Shown here: positions 9,171 to 19,074 of the stretch, piece by piece
Position numbering within the stretch: the stretch's first letter is position 1
Layout: each line of letters begins with the position of its first letter
Notes under the pieces: generated by a model
What the model was told of the DNA's origin: nothing
Databases searched by the model: none
The model's input: only the letters and a program-made list of their open reading frames with translations
Position numbers and translations under genes: made by a program
IMG/VR virus record: IMGVR_UViG_3300020420_000008
Span: 1 to 64,000 of that record
Length of the DNA: 64,000 bases
From: a virus
Direction: 5' to 3' (one strand)

Positions 9171-9317
9171 ATCTCAAGCTGATGAGCGTCCGCATAACAT
9201 GTAGGCTTGAGATTTCAAAACAAGAGTTAGGTAAACCCGTCACCTCTCTCTCACTTTCACACACTAGACGGGTTATGGGAGGGACTCTGACATTGATCAA
9301 AATCCCTCCCTTTTTTT
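9171..9317 (+). ncRNA. Candidate small RNA: three hairpins, with a pyrimidine-rich anti-leader loop
   Basis: Stems 9171-79/9205-13, 9234-41/9267-74 (25-nt loop), 9277-84/9303-10 plus T7; intergenic, GC-richer than flanks. Confidence 0.65.
9277..9317 (+). terminator. Rho-independent terminator
   Basis: GGGAGGGA...TCCCTCCC followed by TTTTTTT. Confidence 0.8.
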
Positions 9318-9326
9318 AGGTATGAT

Positions 9327-9617
9327 ATGATAGTAAGAAATAAAAAAGCAATTGAACGTGAAAAGAAATTATTAAATGACTTGTTGGTGAAAACAGGTTA
9401 TACAAAACCAAAAACAAAATTTAGATATGAGTTTCCAGATTTATCTGTAAGAAAAACTGCATCAACAACAGATAAAATAGGTAATGGTTTAGCTAAAAAG
9501 TATGGTACTTATACTGGTGATGAATTACTAGGTATAGGAACACTACATAAATCTAATGCAGTACCAATACGTAAAGATAGCAATGATGCAAAAGATCAAG
9601 CAAACATGAGGCGATAA
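9327..9617 (+). CDS. Conserved hypothetical protein
   Basis: YTG...GIGTLHKSNAVPI...A.MRR motif of T4-like phages. Confidence 0.75.
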   Translation: MIVRNKKAIEREKKLLNDLLVKTGYTKPKTKFRYEFPDLSVRKTASTTDKIGNGLAKKYGTYTGDELLGIGTLHKSNAVPIRKDSNDAKDQANMRR

Positions 9618-9826
9618 TGAGAAAACATAGAATATTTTCAGCAAAATATCAATTATCAAAACAACTTGGCGGTAGAGAAGTGCCAGCAATTCCAGGAATG
9701 TATCATGCAGAAATATTTGATGATAGATCAGGTATATGGGAAAGAACAGCTTTTCTAACTAGAAAAACTTATAATGATGCTTTACAAATAGCTGAAGAGT
9801 ATGTAAAAATTGGACAAGATAAATAA
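9617..9826 (+). CDS. Hypothetical protein
   Basis: TAATG coupling. Confidence 0.6.
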   Translation: MRKHRIFSAKYQLSKQLGGREVPAIPGMYHAEIFDDRSGIWERTAFLTRKTYNDALQIAEEYVKIGQDK

Positions 9827-9830
9827 TACT

Positions 9831-9838
9831 TATAAATA
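9831..9838 (+). promoter_or_regulatory. T4-type late promoter
   Basis: Intergenic TATAAATA. Confidence 0.75.
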
Positions 9839-9866
9839 GATATTTAAACAAGCGAAAGGTTTAGTT

Positions 9867-11096
9867 ATGAAAGGTTTTACATCATTTTTAGCAGAAGCTA
9901 AGAATACACACATGGAGCATATAGAAGATAATATACTTAATGGTGGTGTAAATGGTGCCAGAGAATCTATGAACTTTCTAAGATCAATAAGAGATATGCT
10001 TGCTGGTAATTCTACAAGTAGTGTGAATGTCTCTGTTAAATGGGACGGTGCACCAGCTATATTTGCAGGAACAGATCCTTCTGACGGAAAATTCTTTGTT
10101 GCTAAAAAAGGTATTTTCAATAAAAATCCTAAAGTATATAAAAGTGTACAAGAAGTTAAAGCTGACACAACAGGTGATTTGGCAGAAAAACTAGTAGAAG
10201 CTTTTAAATTATTGCAAGATACAGGTATAAAAGATGTTATTCAAGGAGATTTCTTATTTTCAAAAAAAGATATAAAAGCTTCTAAAATAGATGGTGAGAA
10301 GTTTATGACATTCCACCCTAATACCATTGTATACGCTATTCCTTATTCAAATCAAACTCTAATTCAAGAGATACGACAGGCAGAAATAGGTATAGTGTGG
10401 CATACACGATACAAAGGAAAATCATTTGAAGATATGTCCGCTGAATATGGTGTTAGTATTGCTGATAGTGTAAATGCTAAAGGTGTGTGGAGTGTCGATG
10501 CACTTTATCAAGATACATCTGGTACTGCTACTATGACTAAAAAAGAAACTGATGAAGTTACTGCAATATTATCTAAAGCAGGTACTGTATTTCAAAAAAT
10601 AAAAGCATCTACATTAAATGGTATTTCAGAAAATGATGAACTTCTTATGAGAATGAAAACATTCTTAAATACTAAAGTTAGAGATGGTAAAAGAATTACA
10701 AACGTAAATAAAACTGTAGATGACATGATAACATACTTTCACAATTTCTTTAAAGGTGAAACTGATAAGAGAAAGTCTAAAAAAGGTAAAGATGCCGTTA
10801 GTCTAAGAAAAGAAGATGTTATGAAATTTTTCTCAAAGACTAATAAAACTCAACTAGCAAATATATTAAATCTAATGAATCATTTTGTTGATGCTAAGTT
10901 GATACTTATCAAGCAGATGAACCAAACTGCACAACTTAAAACATTTCTATCAACAGAAGATGGATTTAAAGTAACAGGACAAGAAGGATACGTTGCTATT
11001 GATAAGTTTGGTAAAAATGCAGTTAAACTTGTAGATAGACTAGAGTTTAGTAAAGCTAACTTTTCTGACAAGATTAAAAAAGGATGGCAGAAATAG
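9867..11096 (+). CDS. DUF6267-like protein with ligase-like KxDG motif and capsid-targeting-like N-terminus
   Basis: KNTHMEHIED, VKWDGAPAIF, QGDFLF, EGYV, KLVDRLEFS; N-terminus MKGFTSFLAE. Confidence 0.7.
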   Translation: MKGFTSFLAEAKNTHMEHIEDNILNGGVNGARESMNFLRSIRDMLAGNSTSSVNVSVKWDGAPAIFAGTDPSDGKFFVAKKGIFNKNPKVYKSVQEVKADTTGDLAEKLVEAFKLLQDTGIKDVIQGDFLFSKKDIKASKIDGEKFMTFHPNTIVYAIPYSNQTLIQEIRQAEIGIVWHTRYKGKSFEDMSAEYGVSIADSVNAKGVWSVDALYQDTSGTATMTKKETDEVTAILSKAGTVFQKIKASTLNGISENDELLMRMKTFLNTKVRDGKRITNVNKTVDDMITYFHNFFKGETDKRKSKKGKDAVSLRKEDVMKFFSKTNKTQLANILNLMNHFVDAKLILIKQMNQTAQLKTFLSTEDGFKVTGQEGYVAIDKFGKNAVKLVDRLEFSKANFSDKIKKGWQK

Positions 11097-11269
11097 TATT
11101 CATACTAGCTACTATTGTAGCTGATAAAACTATTCAAGTACAAGAATTTAAGTGGAAGCGTCAATGCGAACTTGCATCAAAGGGTAGAATGATGTATACT
11201 CCTAATATTAATTATGTATGTATTGAAAGGATTTATGATGAAAGCAGGAAAGATTTGGGGAACAACTGA
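11084..11269 (+). CDS. Small hypothetical protein
   Basis: Hydrophobic N-terminus, two Cys. Confidence 0.5.
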   Translation: MAEIVFILATIVADKTIQVQEFKWKRQCELASKGRMMYTPNINYVCIERIYDESRKDLGNN

Positions 11270-11585
11270 GTTAGTTGAAGCCAACTGTGCTTTAGAATTT
11301 CATAGAATAGAAATGAAAAAGGGCGGTATTTGCTCAAAGCATTTACACGAATTTAAATGGAATGGTTTCTTTGTTGAGTCTGGTGTAATGAAAGTATCGG
11401 TATGGCAGAAAGACTATAATTTAAGAGATGAAACAATACTTAAACCTGGAGACTATACAAAAGTAAAACCAGGATTATATCATCAATTTGAGTGTATTGA
11501 AAGTGGTGTAGCATTTGAATTATATTGGGCTACTTTTAATCATGATGATATTGTGAGAGAAACACAAGGAAAAATGAAGAAGTGA
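11235..11585 (+). CDS. Cupin-domain protein (sugar isomerase-like)
   Basis: KIWG, CSKHLHEFK, V.PG.YHQF. Confidence 0.75.
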   Translation: MMKAGKIWGTTELVEANCALEFHRIEMKKGGICSKHLHEFKWNGFFVESGVMKVSVWQKDYNLRDETILKPGDYTKVKPGLYHQFECIESGVAFELYWATFNHDDIVRETQGKMKK

Positions 11586-12382
11586 TGAGTCGCTGGTTTA
11601 ACAGAATAGGTGATTTTGACAAGTGGAAAGGACACTTGATTGCTGGACCTTGTGTATACGAAGGATATGATCATGCTTGTTTTATGCTTGATAAGATATT
11701 ACCTATCTGTGTAGACAAGAGAGTAAATCTTTTATACAAGACTAGTTTTGATAAAGCAAACAGAACAAGTGCTGATAGTTTTAGAGGTGCTGAAAATGCA
11801 CTCAAAGACTTTGGTAAGATTAAGAAAGAGTTTGGTATTGAGATATGCTCAGATATTCACGAAACCTCACAAATAGAATATATGGATAATGTGAATGTCA
11901 TACAGATACCAGCATTTTTGTGTAGACAAACTGATTTACTCAAAGTAGCATCTGATAGTGGACGTCCTGTCATGGTAAAGAAAGGACAGTTTCTATCACC
12001 AACAGATATGTCAAATGTAGCTAAGAAGTTAGAAAGTTTTGGTTGTGAAAGAATTATATTAACAGAGCGAGGCACTACATTTGGATATAATAATTTAGTG
12101 GTTGACTTTCGTTCAATACCTATCATGAAAGAAACTGGACATAAAGTTTGCATAGACGCTACTCATAGCACACAGATGCCTGGAGGTAATGGTGAAACGA
12201 GTGGTGGTGATAGTCAATATGCAAGTCTAATGATGAAATGTGGTTTAGTAGCTGGTGCTGATATTGTATTTGCAGAAGTACATAATAATCCATTTGAAGC
12301 ACCTAGTGACTCAGAGACACAACTAGGTATAATGGAGTTTGAAAGTTTTGTGGAGGATATATGTCTGTACAACGAAAGTTAA
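11582..12382 (+). CDS. kdsA: KDO8P synthase
   Basis: IAGPCV, SFDKANRTS, QIPAFLCRQTDLL, KKGQF, TERGTTFGYNNLVVD, DATHS. Confidence 0.93.
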   Translation: MMSRWFNRIGDFDKWKGHLIAGPCVYEGYDHACFMLDKILPICVDKRVNLLYKTSFDKANRTSADSFRGAENALKDFGKIKKEFGIEICSDIHETSQIEYMDNVNVIQIPAFLCRQTDLLKVASDSGRPVMVKKGQFLSPTDMSNVAKKLESFGCERIILTERGTTFGYNNLVVDFRSIPIMKETGHKVCIDATHSTQMPGGNGETSGGDSQYASLMMKCGLVAGADIVFAEVHNNPFEAPSDSETQLGIMEFESFVEDICLYNES

Positions 12383-12681
12383 AAAAACTGTACATAAAAA
12401 TGCTCAGAGCCTTTGCAAAAAAGAAAATCAAAAAAGGTAATAAATACAGACAGCATATGATTGAAATAACAGCAACAGGTAATGTCATTATACAAGCTAA
12501 AAAGGATAAAAAATGACTATGGATTTATTTCGACATTTAAGAATACATACAAAAACTAAAAAAATAAAAGAAGTTAAAAACACCGGAACTTATGTAGATA
12601 AATTAAAAAAAGAACCTACTGAAAAGGAAAAGATGGATAAACATTTCAATGGTAAGTCTTATGTCAAAGATGGGATAGAAA

Positions 12682-13389
12682 GTGATTTCTGAAAGCTTAT
12701 TTTTATTTCCTAAATTAATAACAGTAGGTAAACGTAAGGTAGATGAACTGGAAAAAGAAAGCTGGTTCTCTGCATACTTGGAAAAATCAAATGAAGATGG
12801 TAAATCGCAAGACTGTCTAGGCTTTCAACGTGTTCATCACGATAAAAGATTTATGAAAGTTTTTAGTGATGTTGCTAATACAATTCGTAATCATTTAAAT
12901 ACACTTGGTATTGATACAAATAAGATTGATATAAACATAACTAAAGCGTTTTTTAATGTCACAAAAAATAATGGCAACCCTTTACATAATCACGTAGAGA
13001 ACCATATATCATTTACTTACTATCCACATATACATGAAAATTGTAAACAAGAACTGGTATTTCATCAAGATATAGAAAAGGTTAGTAATGATCCTTATGA
13101 AGGATTTTTAAATCATATGTCTACACGTTGGAATGATGTCAATGCTTTGAGCTATTCTTTAAAAGTTCAAGAAGGTGATGTATTTGTGTTTCCATCTAAG
13201 TTATGTCATAGTGTAAATGTTCCAGGAGTTGAATTTCATGAGATAGAAAGCTTTAAAACAACAGAGGATCTTAGACTTTCTAGATTCTGTGTTGTTGGTG
13301 ATGCTATACTAACAAGACATAAAGACTATCAAGATCGTTCTGCTAACCACAGACTATTAACGCCTATTGAGAACTGGAGAAAGTTTTAA
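12682..13389 (+). CDS. 2OG-Fe(II) oxygenase-like protein (TIGR02466 type)
   Basis: HNH...ISFTYY...FPSKLCHSV...R. Confidence 0.75.
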   Translation: MISESLFLFPKLITVGKRKVDELEKESWFSAYLEKSNEDGKSQDCLGFQRVHHDKRFMKVFSDVANTIRNHLNTLGIDTNKIDINITKAFFNVTKNNGNPLHNHVENHISFTYYPHIHENCKQELVFHQDIEKVSNDPYEGFLNHMSTRWNDVNALSYSLKVQEGDVFVFPSKLCHSVNVPGVEFHEIESFKTTEDLRLSRFCVVGDAILTRHKDYQDRSANHRLLTPIENWRKF

Positions 13390-13390
13390 T

Positions 13391-13398
13391 TATAAATA
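13391..13398 (+). promoter_or_regulatory. T4-type late promoter
   Basis: Intergenic TATAAATA. Confidence 0.75.
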
Positions 13399-13440
13399 CT
13401 ACGAAGATTAACACAGTGTTAAGTCCAAGGAAAACACACT

Positions 13441-16400
13441 ATGAAGAAATTAGTATTTACATTTGGTAGAATGAACCCTCCTACAATTGGGCATGAGAAA
13501 CTAGCGAATAAGATAAAAGAAGTAGCGAGAAAAGAAAATGCGAATCCCAGGATCTACCTCTCTCATACACAAAATCCCAAGAAGGATCCACTCTCATACA
13601 ACGACAAATACCGCTTTGCAACGAAAGCCTTCGGCATCGTTAAAAGATCACAATCAAAGCAAATCTTTCAGATATTACCAGAAATCGAAAAAGAAGGATT
13701 CACCGACATCATCATGGTTGTTGGATCTGATCGTATAAAAGAGTTCGATAGAGTACTACAAAAGTACAATGGTAAAGATTACAATTTCAATAGCATAAAA
13801 ACAGTATCATCAGGCGATAGGGATCCTGACGCTCAAGGCGTTGAAGGTATGTCCGGATCTAAATTGCGTGGTGTTGCTATGAGTGGTGACGAAAAAACTT
13901 TCAAATCAGGCTTAGCATCTAAGTTATCAGATGCAGACAAAACAAAAATCTATAATATAGTACGTAAGAATTTAAAAGAGGCAATCATGAATGACTGGAC
14001 AGAAGATGATGATTTAATTCTAGAAGAGGCTATGCAAGAAGTAGACTTCACAGAAGAAGAATTAGATATGTTAGCAGAACTTGGTGAATATTATGAAATG
14101 AATGAAGTGTTAAACTTTATGCAGAGAATAAAGAAATCAAGAGTTATGAAACGTCTTGGTAAGAAGTTAGCACGATTAAGAAAGATTGCATCTAAGAAGA
14201 TGAAAGGTGGTAAAAAACTTATGCAGATGGCAAGAAAAGCCGCCATCAAAGTCTTACGTAAGAAATTAGTTGGTAAAGACAAAGCCTCTAAGTATAGTTT
14301 ATTATCAATGGCAGACAAGAAACAAATAGATATGAAAGTAAAGAAGAACTCAGCTAGAATAGCACCATTAGCTAGAAAATTATTACCTCAAGTAAGGAAA
14401 GATGTTATGCAAAGAGTAAAGCAAGCTAGACAAACACCACAGAATAATGAGTATATACCAGAAGGCGTAGGTGCTGGTAAGTATTCAGCGATGAATTTAA
14501 AGAAAGCAAGAGAACTCATGAGTCCTGCAAAACATAGAAAAGATGGTATTGAACGTATAATGAAAGGTATGAAAGTATCATACAAGCAAGCTACTAAATT
14601 TCACGATGATGTTATGAAGTCTTATGGTTTTAAGCCTGAAAGTTATGAACTTGATGAAATGATACCTAAAAGCACTATGTATGCATTAGTGAAAGATGGT
14701 AAAGTTATAGCAAAGGGTTCTAAGCGTGATATGATGAGTAAAAAGAAAAAAGAAGGTGGAACAATTTATAATGCACCAAGTAAGAAAGTTGGTGATGCTA
14801 TGAAAGAAGCTATGATACCTGTTGGTAAAATGACAGGTAAAGGTTTTGAACCTGCAAAGAAAGATAAAGATACTAAGTTACCACCTCATCTCAAAGATTT
14901 AAAAACAATAAGAAAAGCGTTTGCTAAGAGTAAGAAAGTAAAAGAAGATTTAGATGAAGCTAAGTCATCTACTGGTTATAAACTATATCACAAATCATTT
15001 TCTGATGCTATGCAACACGCATATGCACACGCAAAGTCTAAGTTTGGTATTACTATCAAGAAAGATGAGATTGATAATAAAGTTGCAACTGGACCTAGAA
15101 AACCAGGAACAGGAAAGACTAACACATATAGACTAAAAGGTGACAAAGGTAATATTCAAGTACAAGTAGCTAATCTAGATGGTAAAAAGTATGAACTGAA
15201 TATGTATAAAGAAGAGTTTAGTTATGGTGCTTGGCTTGAAGCAAAGAACTTTGCACAACAGGCGGCGATTGCTATAGCAAAGAAGAAATCTGGAAAGTAC
15301 AATAAAGATGGTGAAAGAACTGCACCTTATGCTAAAGAAGAAAAAGAGGCACCAAAGAAAACACCACAAGATCCAGATGTAAAAGATGTAGAAGGTACAC
15401 AGCCAAAGAAGTACTACAAAGGACTTAGCAAAGCTACAAAAGATGCTAGAGCGAGCCATTTTAAGAATAGAGATACAAGTAAGAATGATAATCGTCCTGC
15501 TCCTGGAGATGCTGATGCTAAAACTAAGCCAAGTAAGCACACATTAAAGTTCAAACGAATGTATGGTGAACAAAAGAATTGTGGTTGTGGACAAACACCA
15601 TGTAAAACTTATGGTGTACAAAAAGAAGATCCGTGTTGGGATACGCACAAGCAAGTTGGTATGAAGAAGAAAGGTGACAAGATGGTACCTAACTGTGTAC
15701 CTAAAAACGAAGATGCTGAAGATAGAGTAAAAGCTAGAATAAAAGCTAGACAGACAGCAAATGATAAAAGAGATAGAATAGCCCTTGCAAGAGCAAGAAC
15801 AAGAGATACAGTAAGAGATATTAGAGGTGAAGACGTAAGTGAGATATCAACACAGAAGATAAACAGATATTATGATAAAGCTAAACAATCACATGATAGA
15901 GCAGGCAACTCAGCTTTTGCTCGACATCTCAGAAAAGAACCAGGAATTGAAAAAGATTTAGATACAATGCGTAAGAGAAAAGCTGGTATAGCAACTGCTA
16001 GAAGTATAGCAATCAAAAAACTTAGAGGAGAGAAACCAGGAAAACTTAGAGAAGAAAATTACGATTATTCTTTTGATATGACAGAAGATGCAAAAACAGG
16101 TTTAAAAGCTAAATCAGAAAAGTCAGGTATACCTCTAGGTATATTAAGACAAGTTTATAATCGTGGCATGGCGGCTTGGAGAGGTGGGCATCGTCCAGGA
16201 GCATCACAACAACAATGGGCTTTTGCAAGAGTCAACTCATTCATCACAAAAGGTAGTGGTACTTGGGGTAAAGCTGATAAGGATTTAGCCGCCAAAGCTA
16301 GAGCATCTATGAAATCAAAGAAAGAATCTGTAAATGAAGCTGGTGGTGCAGGCGAGTTCGGAACAAAAGCTTTACTTGCAAGATATCAAAAAGACACACC

Positions 16401-17265
16401 AGGACAACAACTACAATCAGCTTATAATGTAGATGATGATTTTAGTGGTAAGATTAAAAAGAAATTCAAAGACATACGAAAAAAGGACGGATTTGATTCT
16501 GTCGAAGAAGAAAATATGCAAGAGAAATTAACAAGAGGACAGCAAAATAAGCTTGATGACTTGGAAGCGTATTTGGGACATCTACAAAGAGTATCGATGA
16601 CACCTTCACGTAGAGCGGAGATAGAAGCTACCAAGAAAAAAATCAAGAAGCTAAAGTCCGAACAAACAGGAGATATAGAAGAGATGACTGGAATTAATGT
16701 TCCAGAACTCATCAAAACAACAATACATAGGTTATCACACCCAAAAGGATATGCAGATTTAATAAAAGCGTATATCAAGAGAGCCAAAGAACCGCATAGC
16801 GGAACTAACGGCGCTGTGCTTTCTGATGTTGCGAGAGAGAGAGGTTTCGATAGAGTGAAACCAATTCAAGATTATATAAATAGACTCATAAGTAAAGGTA
16901 AATTACCTAAAGAGTTAATGGCATCTCATTGTAGAGAAGAAGTTGAGATAGATGAAGATGGGTGTCCTATAGATTTGTTTGATCATGTTCTGGAAGAAGC
17001 AGAGTATCAAGGTAAAAAAGTAACCTTGAATGATCCTGTTCGTTCTAGTGATGGTAATAAAAAGTTTCATGTCTATGTAAAGAACGAAAAGGGTAATGTA
17101 ATTAAACTAGGATTTGGCGATCCAAATATGGAAATAAAGCGAGATGATCCTGCAAGGAGAAAATCATTTCGTGCAAGACATAATTGCGATAATCCAGGTC
17201 CAAAATATAAAGCACGATACTGGAGTTGTTACCAGTGGAGAGGCGGAGCAAAAGTTGACAATTAG
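13441..17265 (+). CDS. Modular protein: N-terminal HIGH-type nucleotidyltransferase plus many basic modules (DUF5824-like, C-terminal DUF6321-like); probable head-cargo polyprotein
   Basis: FGRMNPPTIGHEKL, VVGSDR, GMSGSKLR; VYNRGMAAW..GHRPG; FGDPNM..RKSFRARHNC..ARYWSC; acidic linkers ending hydrophobic-x-E. Confidence 0.75.
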   Translation: MKKLVFTFGRMNPPTIGHEKLANKIKEVARKENANPRIYLSHTQNPKKDPLSYNDKYRFATKAFGIVKRSQSKQIFQILPEIEKEGFTDIIMVVGSDRIKEFDRVLQKYNGKDYNFNSIKTVSSGDRDPDAQGVEGMSGSKLRGVAMSGDEKTFKSGLASKLSDADKTKIYNIVRKNLKEAIMNDWTEDDDLILEEAMQEVDFTEEELDMLAELGEYYEMNEVLNFMQRIKKSRVMKRLGKKLARLRKIASKKMKGGKKLMQMARKAAIKVLRKKLVGKDKASKYSLLSMADKKQIDMKVKKNSARIAPLARKLLPQVRKDVMQRVKQARQTPQNNEYIPEGVGAGKYSAMNLKKARELMSPAKHRKDGIERIMKGMKVSYKQATKFHDDVMKSYGFKPESYELDEMIPKSTMYALVKDGKVIAKGSKRDMMSKKKKEGGTIYNAPSKKVGDAMKEAMIPVGKMTGKGFEPAKKDKDTKLPPHLKDLKTIRKAFAKSKKVKEDLDEAKSSTGYKLYHKSFSDAMQHAYAHAKSKFGITIKKDEIDNKVATGPRKPGTGKTNTYRLKGDKGNIQVQVANLDGKKYELNMYKEEFSYGAWLEAKNFAQQAAIAIAKKKSGKYNKDGERTAPYAKEEKEAPKKTPQDPDVKDVEGTQPKKYYKGLSKATKDARASHFKNRDTSKNDNRPAPGDADAKTKPSKHTLKFKRMYGEQKNCGCGQTPCKTYGVQKEDPCWDTHKQVGMKKKGDKMVPNCVPKNEDAEDRVKARIKARQTANDKRDRIALARARTRDTVRDIRGEDVSEISTQKINRYYDKAKQSHDRAGNSAFARHLRKEPGIEKDLDTMRKRKAGIATARSIAIKKLRGEKPGKLREENYDYSFDMTEDAKTGLKAKSEKSGIPLGILRQVYNRGMAAWRGGHRPGASQQQWAFARVNSFITKGSGTWGKADKDLAAKARASMKSKKESVNEAGGAGEFGTKALLARYQKDTPGQQLQSAYNVDDDFSGKIKKKFKDIRKKDGFDSVEEENMQEKLTRGQQNKLDDLEAYLGHLQRVSMTPSRRAEIEATKKKIKKLKSEQTGDIEEMTGINVPELIKTTIHRLSHPKGYADLIKAYIKRAKEPHSGTNGAVLSDVARERGFDRVKPIQDYINRLISKGKLPKELMASHCREEVEIDEDGCPIDLFDHVLEEAEYQGKKVTLNDPVRSSDGNKKFHVYVKNEKGNVIKLGFGDPNMEIKRDDPARRKSFRARHNCDNPGPKYKARYWSCYQWRGGAKVDN

Positions 17266-17274
17266 GAGAATAAC

Positions 17275-19074
17275 ATGTCACTAGAACGAGAAATACGAAA
17301 AATAATGGCGAAAGCTGTTTATGAAAACTTTGTGAATAATCCAGATTGTGATATCTGTGGTGACGGTTCACCATGTACATGTGGAGAATCACAAGAAGTC
17401 AATGAAATGAATCCTGCCAAGCATGTTCAGAAAAACGATGAGACTGGAATGTATTGTGTATATAATAAAAGTGGTGAGAAAGTCAAAGAATTTGAAGATA
17501 AAGCTGATGCAGTTAAGTATGCGACAGACAATCATGACAAACTAATGGAAAAGTTAGATGCTGATGACACACCTCAAATTAAAAAGATAGTAAAGAAACT
17601 TAAAGGTGCAAGTAAAGCACATGCTGATCAAGCAAAAAGTTTGGAGAAAGAACTATCAGATGATATCAGAAATCTTCCTAAAGATAAGCAACGTGCATTA
17701 CAACACGCAGATAAGACAGCAAAGCCAAAGAGTAAAGTATCACTAGCACCAACACCAGGAATAAAGACTGAAATTTCTTTTCGTCCAAATGATGATACAA
17801 GCTTAGGCAAAAGATATGCTGATAAAGTTGGAAGAGGTGATTATGACAACAAAAAAACAGATAACAGAAAAAAAGGCATAGCCACTATGGTTAATAAAAG
17901 GGCAGCCCAAAAAGGTGTTCCTGGAACAGCTAATGTTCCATTTAGCGAAAGTAATTTAGATGAAGCTTTTGAAGTGTTCTTTGCTGAAGCTAAAGGTATG
18001 AAAGTTTTCTTTGTTTCTGGTTCAAATGCAGAGGGTAATGTTCATGCAAAGAATGAGAAAGAAGCCTTAGCAATAGCAAAGAAAAAAGGTATAAAAGGTA
18101 AAATAACCATACGTGACAAAGGTAAAGCAGTACAACCTAAGTTCGTAGAAAGTGTAAACGAAGGTTACGAAGGCGAAGTTAAGAAAGTATTAGATAAAAA
18201 AGGTATTGACGCTTACTTCAAGAATGGTAAACTTATGGTGAGTAAGCGAGATAAACCAATGGTAATGAAAGTTTTAAAAGGGCAAGATTTTGACATGCCA
18301 AAAATTCAAGTAGAGGAGATACAAATGGAGAAAAATCGTTTTGGTTTGTCAGTAAGTCTTGTAGACGCAGTGGCGAATGTGTTAGCTGGTAAACGTCCAG
18401 TTGAAGAAAAGAAAAAAATGGATCCGGTAGGACAAGAAGATGGTGACATCGACAATGATGGTGATAAAGATGATTCTGATGAATATCTTATGAAAAAGAG
18501 AAAAGCTATCGGTAAAGCTATGAAGAAAGATGGTGGTGGAAAAGAGCCAGTCGATACTAAGCCTAAAATGGACGAAGCTAAAATTGATGAGAGACTAAAA
18601 CTAGGTGATCCAAAGAGAGATTCTAGAGAATTAGCTAGAACGGGTAAAAGAGTAGATCCAAGTAAAATAGGTAGTGCCGGGACTTCAAAAGACGATGCGA
18701 AGGCTCAGAGAAAAGATATGTCTACAGATGTAGGTGGTGGACAGAGTTCTGCTCAACAAAAAGGTGTTCCTAAAAGACAATATAAAGGCGCACCTGAAAA
18801 AGAGAAACATAAAGGTGGGTTTGCTCCAAACAGATATGATAGAATGTCTACTAAGGACAAAACAGGCACAGGAAATATTTCAAAAGCTCACCAAGGGTTA
18901 ACTCACCCTAGAGGTAAGCTACCTGAAGATATGACTGATGCTCAGATGAAAAGACGAGAAGAGATTGTAAAAGAACTCAAGAAGAAGTCTGCTGAATTTG
19001 AAGAGCGTTATGGCGATAAAGCTGATGCTGTCATGTATGCAACTGCTACGAAGATGGCGATGAAAGGCAAGTAA
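17275..19074 (+). CDS. Modular basic protein, probable internal head protein
   Basis: DPVGQEDGDIDNDGDKDDSDEYL and ERYG...VMYATATK modules; repeated VNE/LDE/IDE linkers. Confidence 0.7.
   Translation: MSLEREIRKIMAKAVYENFVNNPDCDICGDGSPCTCGESQEVNEMNPAKHVQKNDETGMYCVYNKSGEKVKEFEDKADAVKYATDNHDKLMEKLDADDTPQIKKIVKKLKGASKAHADQAKSLEKELSDDIRNLPKDKQRALQHADKTAKPKSKVSLAPTPGIKTEISFRPNDDTSLGKRYADKVGRGDYDNKKTDNRKKGIATMVNKRAAQKGVPGTANVPFSESNLDEAFEVFFAEAKGMKVFFVSGSNAEGNVHAKNEKEALAIAKKKGIKGKITIRDKGKAVQPKFVESVNEGYEGEVKKVLDKKGIDAYFKNGKLMVSKRDKPMVMKVLKGQDFDMPKIQVEEIQMEKNRFGLSVSLVDAVANVLAGKRPVEEKKKMDPVGQEDGDIDNDGDKDDSDEYLMKKRKAIGKAMKKDGGGKEPVDTKPKMDEAKIDERLKLGDPKRDSRELARTGKRVDPSKIGSAGTSKDDAKAQRKDMSTDVGGGQSSAQQKGVPKRQYKGAPEKEKHKGGFAPNRYDRMSTKDKTGTGNISKAHQGLTHPRGKLPEDMTDAQMKRREEIVKELKKKSAEFEERYGDKADAVMYATATKMAMKGK

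Noticed and set aside
9179-9220. CTGATGAG resembling a hammerhead ribozyme core
   Set aside because: No correctly placed GAAA or stem II/III; the motif sits inside a simple hairpin
13441-14000. N-terminal nucleotidyltransferase as CMP-Kdo synthetase (KdsB)
   Set aside because: It is HIGH-superfamily; KdsB has a different GT-A-like fold
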